IMG/VR virus record: IMGVR_UViG_3300032287_003559
Location: 96,001 to 160,000 of that record
Length of the DNA stretch: 64,000 bases
Reading direction: 5' to 3' (one strand)
DNA from: a virus
The position numbers were made by a program, and so were the translations under genes. The notes under the pieces are model-generated. The model saw only the letters and a program-made list of their open reading frames with translations. It was not told the origin of the DNA and did no database searches. Shown here one piece after another: positions 57,968 through 64,000 of this stretch; position 1 is the stretch's first letter; each line of letters starts with the position of its first letter.

Positions 57968-58237
57968 ATGAAGTACCGTATTGATGCAAGATATTGCTGG
58001 TACAATAGAGGAACTCAATTAGTTCTGATGTACTTTATAAATCAGGTTCCTTTTACTTTTGATGATCTTCCAGATAGTTATTTGTACGATTTGGAACTCA
58101 TAGAATTAGCAGACAAAGAAAGACGCTTCGAACCAGAGGACTTATATAGATCATCATTCTATTTGATTGATGAAGAGTGTCATCCAATGTTATTTGAAGT
58201 TGAACTGGAAAACCCAGAAATGATGCCTGCTGATTAA
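57968..58237 (+). CDS. conserved hypothetical protein
   Basis: MYFI..VPFTFD, YL..EE.HP. Confidence 0.7.
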   Translation: MKYRIDARYCWYNRGTQLVLMYFINQVPFTFDDLPDSYLYDLELIELADKERRFEPEDLYRSSFYLIDEECHPMLFEVELENPEMMPAD

Positions 58238-58238
58238 T

Positions 58239-58310
58239 GCCCTTGTAGCTCAGTGGTAGAGCAACGGTTTTGTAAACCGTTGGTCGCTGGTTCAAATCCG
58301 GTCGGGGGCT
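58239..58310 (+). tRNA. trnT: tRNA-Thr(UGU)
   Basis: GCCCTTG acceptor, AGCTCAGTGGTAGAGC D-arm, ACGGT-TTTGTAA-ACCGT anticodon arm, GGTTCAAATCC. Confidence 0.93.
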
Positions 58311-58332
58311 TTAGTTCTTATAAAACTATAAA

Positions 58333-58506
58333 ATGAAAATCAATCTTTGGTACTGTGAATCTATGCAACAATGGCGTTGGACTTTATCTGACGACTCACG
58401 ACCGATTGTGAAACAAGAATCAGGGCAGCAACCATTTCTTCGTGATGCTATGAATGATGTAGCAAATACGGTGGAATATATGTTAAAATGCAAACAAAGT
58501 GAGTAA
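58333..58506 (+). CDS. 57-aa hypothetical protein
   Basis: MKINLWYCESMQQWRWTL...; below the ORF-track cutoff. Confidence 0.6.
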   Translation: MKINLWYCESMQQWRWTLSDDSRPIVKQESGQQPFLRDAMNDVANTVEYMLKCKQSE

Positions 58507-58597
58507 TTGGAGGCAGCAACTAGTGTCTTGGCGGATTTAGTTGTGTAAGACCTCCTTTTATAGTATAATAAATATTATTAGTCAACGCCAAGACACG

Positions 58598-59269
58598 ATG
58601 AACGAATATTATACATACGCATATCTGCGTGAAAACGGAACTCCCTATTACATTGGTAAAGGTAAAGGAAGAAGAGTCTATAGAAAAGATAGAAGAATAA
58701 AACCACCAATAGATAAATCAAGGATTATTTTTCTCAAACAAAATCTCACTGAAGAGAAAGCATTTAAGCACGAAATTTATATGATTTCTGTGTTTGGAAG
58801 AAAAGATTTAGCAACCGGAATACTTCAAAATAGAACAAACGGTGGAGAAGGAACTTCTGGTTCTCCGAGAGTTATTAGTGATGAGCACAAAGAGAAATTG
58901 AGAAAAATTGCAAAAGGAAGAAAAGTTGGAGAAGAAACTAGAAGAAAATTAAGAGAAATTCATAAAAATAAAAAATTTTCCGAAGAATCTAGGAAAAAAA
59001 TGAGTGATAGTAAAGTCGGTAGTAAATTATCAGAAGAACATAAAAATAATATATCAAAATCTCAAAAAAATAGAAATAATGAACTTTACAGAAAATATGT
59101 TTATACTTTTACTTCTCCTTCTGGCGAAACTATAATTACCACAGAAATATCAGATTTTTGTTTTAAACATAATTTAACATACTCTAAAGTTAATTATGTT
59201 GCTAGAGGGATTTATAGTCAACATAAAGGATGGAAAGTAACCAGAAAATTAAAAGATGTCAGCAAATAA
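58598..59269 (+). CDS. GIY-YIG-like homing endonuclease with NUMOD3 repeats
   Basis: YYTYAYLRE.GTPYYIGKG, N.T.GGEG, repeated SEE(H/T)(K/R).K.S. Confidence 0.85.
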   Translation: MNEYYTYAYLRENGTPYYIGKGKGRRVYRKDRRIKPPIDKSRIIFLKQNLTEEKAFKHEIYMISVFGRKDLATGILQNRTNGGEGTSGSPRVISDEHKEKLRKIAKGRKVGEETRRKLREIHKNKKFSEESRKKMSDSKVGSKLSEEHKNNISKSQKNRNNELYRKYVYTFTSPSGETIITTEISDFCFKHNLTYSKVNYVARGIYSQHKGWKVTRKLKDVSK

Positions 59270-59287
59270 GCACAAATACTCATTTTT

Positions 59288-59908
59288 ATGAAAAGTCAGT
59301 ACTACATAGAACGGGTGACAAAAAAAGAACTTGAATCACTCTTTTTAACTCATCATTACCTTAAGGATGAAAGTAAAACTTTTAAGTCTTGGTATAATTA
59401 TGGACTTTTCAAACATACTGACTGGGAATGCCCTCTTAATATTGGCGGCTGTCTTGGTGGGATTGTTTTCACTAGTCTCCCAGTTCCAGAAATTGCCGTA
59501 GGTGCGTTTGGTTTAGAAAGAAATCAGCAGGAAGGAATATATGAGTTATCAAGACTTTGTATTCATCCTGATATTCAAAAAGAAGAATACAATATTACTT
59601 CTTGGTTCGTTAGTCGTTGCATAAGGAGATTTAGGAAAGATGCCACAGTTCGTGCTATTCTTAGTTACGCTGACTCTAATCACCACTCTGGAATTATATA
59701 CAGAGCTTGTAATTTTCAATACTACGGTTTAACAGATTCTAAGAAAGATTTCTATTATGCCGATGGTACAAAACACTCTAGAGGGTCTGTAAAGGGTGTT
59801 GACGGTGAATGGAGATCTCGTAGCAGAAAACATAGATACTTAATGATTTTTGATAAAGAACTTCAAAAAAAGTTGACTTGGAAGGAAGAGAAGTGGTATA
59901 ATAATTAG
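59288..59908 (+). CDS. Mom-like (GNAT) adenine-modification enzyme
   Basis: HHYL, YELSRL, ILSYAD...H.GIIYRACNF.YYG, KHRY. Confidence 0.7.
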   Translation: MKSQYYIERVTKKELESLFLTHHYLKDESKTFKSWYNYGLFKHTDWECPLNIGGCLGGIVFTSLPVPEIAVGAFGLERNQQEGIYELSRLCIHPDIQKEEYNITSWFVSRCIRRFRKDATVRAILSYADSNHHSGIIYRACNFQYYGLTDSKKDFYYADGTKHSRGSVKGVDGEWRSRSRKHRYLMIFDKELQKKLTWKEEKWYNN

Positions 59909-59959
59909 GTGTGAAGGAAGTACGCTGAAGAGACTGAGATTAATCTCAGTCTCTTTTTT
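59909..59959 (+). ncRNA. candidate ~50-nt sRNA ending in a strong terminator
   Basis: TTGACT(59873)-18-TATAAT(59897) upstream; 12-bp stem AAGAGACTGAGA/TCTCAGTCTCTT + T run. Confidence 0.4.
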
Positions 59960-60003
59960 CTTGTAATAAATAACTTATAACGGAAACTATAAGTGCTAAT
60001 AAG

Positions 60004-63000
60004 ATGGGTCTCTCACGTCTAGATAATTTTTTAAAGTCAGTTCGCGGAACGATTCTCTACGTTGATCCAAATAGTCTTGATGCTACAGACAGTATCGAAA
60101 ATCAAGGAAATTCTCTAACTCGTCCGTTTAAGACGATTCAAAGAGCATTAATCGAGGCAGCAAGATTTTCATATCAAAGAGGATTGAATAACGATAGATT
60201 TGGTAAAACAACCATCCTTCTTTATCCTGGAGACCATGTTGTTGATAATCGTCCTGGATGGATTCCAGACGGATCAAATAATTTTAGATTGAGAAATGGT
60301 TCAACTTCTAATGATTTTCCGCCATTTGATCTAATAACAAATTTTGATGTTACTACACAAGACAATCAACTTTATAAGCTTAATAGCATTTATGGCGGTG
60401 TAATAGTTCCCCGTGGTACTTCTATTGTTGGATTGGATTTAAGAAAGACAAAGATTCGTCCAAAATACGTACCAGACCCAACAAATAATAGTATCGAAAG
60501 ATCGACCATTTTTAGAATTACTGGTGGATGTTATTTCTGGCAGTTTTCTATGTTCGATGCTGATCCAAATGGACAGTGTTATATTGATTACACGAGTAAC
60601 TTATTTGTTCCCAATTTTTCTCACCATAAGCTTACATGTTTTGAATATGCTGACGGCGTAAACAATGTAAGTATTAATGATGACTTTATTTCAGGATATA
60701 CATCAGATCGTACTGATCTTGATATGTATTATGAAAAGGTTGGTCTTGCCTATGGGCAATCTTCTGGTCGAGCAATTGAACCAGATTATCCATCAACTGG
60801 ACTTGATATTCAACCTAAGATTGATGAATATAGAATTGTTGGTCCAACAGGAGGTTCTGTAGGAATCACAAGCATTAAGGCAGGTAATGGTGTAACTCCT
60901 ACGACAATAGTCACAGTAACAACATCTTCTTCGGTTGATGGTTTAGATGTAGATACTTCATTCCGTATTCAAGGAATTTCTGTAACTGGATATAATGGGC
61001 AATTTACAGTTTCTGAAAAATTAAGTGATACGCAATTTACATATCAAGTTCAGAATGCACCAGCATCTGCATTACCAAGTGTAGCAGGAGCAACGTTATC
61101 TCTAAGTTCAGATACAGTTGCTTCAGCATCTCCATACATTTTCAATATTTCTTTACGTTCTGTTTATGGAATGTGTGGTGTTCTTGCTGATGGTGATAAA
61201 GCTTCTGGATTTAAATCAGTTGTTATTGCGCAATTCACTGGAATTGGATTGCAAAAAGATGATAATGCTTTTGTAGTTTATAACTCAAGCACTGGACAGT
61301 ATGATGATACTACAGTTGCTGGAAATGAGACAATCAGTAATAACTCAAGAGCAATCTTTAAACCTTCATATCGAAATTTCCATATTAAAGCAATTAATGA
61401 TGCATTTATTCAGAATGTTTCTATCTTCGCAATTGGATATGCAGAACATTTTGCGGTAGAAAGTGGTGGAGACTTTTCCGTAACTAACTCAAACTCAAAC
61501 TTTGGCGCAAAGGCACTTGTTGCAACAGGTTTCAGAAGAAATGCTTTCCCACAAGACGATCAAGGATATATTACTCACATTATTCCGCCAAAAGAAGTTT
61601 CAATAACAGAAACCGCGATTGAATTTAATTCGATTGATGTAAGCAGAACTGTTGGCGTTGCATCAACTGGAAATCTTTATCTTTATAACCAAACAAACTT
61701 TGATGTTCCACCTGAAAATGTTTTAGAAGGATATCGAATTGGTGCGAGAGAAAATGACCAGTTAAAAGTTTTAATTTCAACTGCTGGAATTGTAACTGAA
61801 TTCACTTCTCGTATCGTAATGCCTGGTTCTCAATCCAGTTCTGAGAAAAGATTTTATGTAAACAGAAATGCTGTTGGTATTAATAGTATTAGTAATAATA
61901 CCTTCACATTAACACAAAATCATACTCTATTCAATGGAGAATCAATTCGTATTATAAGTGATACCGGACAAATTCCCGATGGATTATCTCCAAATACTGT
62001 TTACTATGCAATTACAAGTGATAATACTTCAAGTGGACTAACAACTACTTCTCAAATTAAAGTTGCAAAAACAAAAAATGATGCAGTAAATGCTACTGCG
62101 ATTTCAGTTAACAACAAAGGTGGTCTTTTAAGTATTGTAAGTAGAGTTTCTGATAAAGATTCTGGTGATATTGGACACCCAATTCAATATGATTCCACTA
62201 ATTCTCAATGGTATATTAAGGTAGCAGCTGCAGCAACTGAAAACTCAATATATTCTCGTGTTGTAAGTCTAGGAACAGCATTGCTCGGAGCAGCAACACC
62301 AAGAACCTATATTACACGTAAACAAGATAATAGAAGTTCAACAGACACTATCTACCGTGTTAGATATGTAATTCCACAATCCACAGGTTCGGTTGCCGCA
62401 AGACCTCCGAGTGATGGATTTATTCTTCAAGAATCTAATACATCAATTGGATCAACAAACGGAGAAATTCAAACATACTTCGGCAGTGGATCTATTACAA
62501 ATGTAAATCAACAAAGAAACTTTAGATTTATTGCTGGAGCAAACTGGTCTGGTTCTGTTGCAAATATAACCACAGAACTTCCACACAATTTATCTGTTGG
62601 TTCTATTGTTGAACTTGTAAATGTTAAAAGTTCAACAAACCCAACAGCAGCAAGCAATTCTGGATTCAACGGAACTTATGTTGTTAGCGGAATTAGTAGT
62701 TCAAAGAATTTCTCTGTAGGACTTACTACAAATCCAGGAACATTTTCTAACGATACTTCTTCAAGGACAACTGCTCTTCCATATTTTAAGAGAAAGAATT
62801 ATAAAAATACATACTATGTTTATAGAAATCAAGAAGCACAAAAGTATATTAGTGGGCAGCAAGACGGTATCTATTACCTAACTCTTGTTAATTCATCAAA
62901 TTCACCAATAGTTACACCATTTACTCAAGAAAAATATGCACAACCAGTAAAAGAACTTTATCCACAAATTAATCGCGACAATCCAGTTTCTGATCCAGAC

Positions 63001-64000
63001 GAAACAACTTGTTTTGCATCATCATCGACAATCGGAGAAGTTGTTGTTGATGATGTCCGTAAGAGTGTCACGAAAGAAACTCTTTCTAAAGTTCTAAAAG
63101 ATATTGATGTTGGAGTTGGAATTACAAATATTGTTACAGGAACTGCAACAACTCATACAATCTACACTGCGATTGATCATGGTCTTAATAGAATTACCAC
63201 AGTCAGTATCGGAAATAGTGGTGCTGGATATGGTTCTGGTTCTGGAGGTACTCTTTATAATGCCAGACTTGTAGGATTTGCAGGTTCTACAACAGGATTT
63301 AACGCAACCGCAAAATTAACCTTAAATGCATCAGGAAATATTACTGATGTTAAGATTATGGACGGTGGTAGTGCATATGGTATTGGTAATACTCTTGCTG
63401 TTGTTGGGGTTGCAACCACAACTGGTTATTCGCAAGCATATGTAACGGTTACTCAAGTTTATAATAATGTTGGAGATACAGTCAGAGTTTCTGGAGTATC
63501 TTCAATTGCATATCAACCATTTAATGATCTTTACAGAATTACAAACGTTGCTGTAGGTGCCGCAAATAGTTTCACAGTATCCTCAGCATCTTCAATTTCA
63601 GTTGGTTCTGCAACAGGAATTGGCGCAACGATTACATCAAATGCATTTGTTTATCTTACAGGAGAAGCAATTCGTATTAGTGCATTAACTTATGATAGAA
63701 ACGCTGGAATTGCAACTGTTACTACAGTAAACAGACATGGATTAAAGGTTGATAATAAAGTTCGCTTTACTGGCGCAAATGAAAGTGTTTATAATGGCGA
63801 TTTTGTTGTTAAACAAAACATTAGCTTGAATTCATTCTCTGTTACTGTTGGTGTCGGCACAACTGCACCTGCAGCAACAGGAACACTATATGCATATAGA
63901 GGTGGTGTAACATCCAATAGTGGAGTGATTACCAGAGAAGATGAAAATCTGAATGGTAGAATGATCACAAATTATGCAGGAATTACTACTACACTATCCG
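60004..64000 (+). CDS. very large virion structural/fibre protein (runs off window end)
   Basis: MGLSRLDNFLKS..G.ILYVDP...DATDSIENQGNSLTRPFKTIQRALIEAARFSY; frame appears open to the end; ATAAATA at 59966. Confidence 0.85.
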   Translation, partial: MGLSRLDNFLKSVRGTILYVDPNSLDATDSIENQGNSLTRPFKTIQRALIEAARFSYQRGLNNDRFGKTTILLYPGDHVVDNRPGWIPDGSNNFRLRNGSTSNDFPPFDLITNFDVTTQDNQLYKLNSIYGGVIVPRGTSIVGLDLRKTKIRPKYVPDPTNNSIERSTIFRITGGCYFWQFSMFDADPNGQCYIDYTSNLFVPNFSHHKLTCFEYADGVNNVSINDDFISGYTSDRTDLDMYYEKVGLAYGQSSGRAIEPDYPSTGLDIQPKIDEYRIVGPTGGSVGITSIKAGNGVTPTTIVTVTTSSSVDGLDVDTSFRIQGISVTGYNGQFTVSEKLSDTQFTYQVQNAPASALPSVAGATLSLSSDTVASASPYIFNISLRSVYGMCGVLADGDKASGFKSVVIAQFTGIGLQKDDNAFVVYNSSTGQYDDTTVAGNETISNNSRAIFKPSYRNFHIKAINDAFIQNVSIFAIGYAEHFAVESGGDFSVTNSNSNFGAKALVATGFRRNAFPQDDQGYITHIIPPKEVSITETAIEFNSIDVSRTVGVASTGNLYLYNQTNFDVPPENVLEGYRIGARENDQLKVLISTAGIVTEFTSRIVMPGSQSSSEKRFYVNRNAVGINSISNNTFTLTQNHTLFNGESIRIISDTGQIPDGLSPNTVYYAITSDNTSSGLTTTSQIKVAKTKNDAVNATAISVNNKGGLLSIVSRVSDKDSGDIGHPIQYDSTNSQWYIKVAAAATENSIYSRVVSLGTALLGAATPRTYITRKQDNRSSTDTIYRVRYVIPQSTGSVAARPPSDGFILQESNTSIGSTNGEIQTYFGSGSITNVNQQRNFRFIAGANWSGSVANITTELPHNLSVGSIVELVNVKSSTNPTAASNSGFNGTYVVSGISSSKNFSVGLTTNPGTFSNDTSSRTTALPYFKRKNYKNTYYVYRNQEAQKYISGQQDGIYYLTLVNSSNSPIVTPFTQEKYAQPVKELYPQINRDNPVSDPDETTCFASSSTIGEVVVDDVRKSVTKETLSKVLKDIDVGVGITNIVTGTATTHTIYTAIDHGLNRITTVSIGNSGAGYGSGSGGTLYNARLVGFAGSTTGFNATAKLTLNASGNITDVKIMDGGSAYGIGNTLAVVGVATTTGYSQAYVTVTQVYNNVGDTVRVSGVSSIAYQPFNDLYRITNVAVGAANSFTVSSASSISVGSATGIGATITSNAFVYLTGEAIRISALTYDRNAGIATVTTVNRHGLKVDNKVRFTGANESVYNGDFVVKQNISLNSFSVTVGVGTTAPAATGTLYAYRGGVTSNSGVITREDENLNGRMITNYAGITTTLS

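Overview
This window is part of a large, AT-rich T4-like cyanomyovirus genome (Kyanoviridae-like; a freshwater Synechococcus/Cyanobium-type host is inferred, not proven). 1-14.3 kb: surface-glycan island with fcl, glf, methyltransferases, GT4/GT11/GT6/GT25 and orphan transferases. It embeds a nucleotidyltransferase-cupin-RuBisCO-like protein-GDPD-like module. 14.4-29.8 kb: auxiliary metabolic genes (Som porin, ahcY, pstS, two hli, peroxiredoxin, a very divergent intron-containing psbA with a free-standing endonuclease VII-type homing endonuclease, talC, PTOX, zwf, gnd), plus a C39-peptidase/lysozyme pair and a fibre gene. 29.8-37.7 kb: T4-like core (glutaredoxin, speD, thyX, phoH, exonuclease, gp33, gp59, gp32), with an NtcA box, a double glutamine-riboswitch-like RNA and a DUF4278 peptide. 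37.7-56.9 kb: baseplate/tail module containing CP12. 57-64 kb: two tRNAs, two homing endonucleases, a Mom-like DNA modifier, a candidate sRNA and the start of a giant virion protein. The main leads are the RLP-centred sugar module, two apparent programmed -1 frameshifts (endolysin fusion; gp26-gp51), the atypical D1, the gifB-like nitrogen-sensing cassette with a nested riboswitch, and a possible Yfr1-sponge sRNA. All assignments come from motif recognition by eye; no searches were run.
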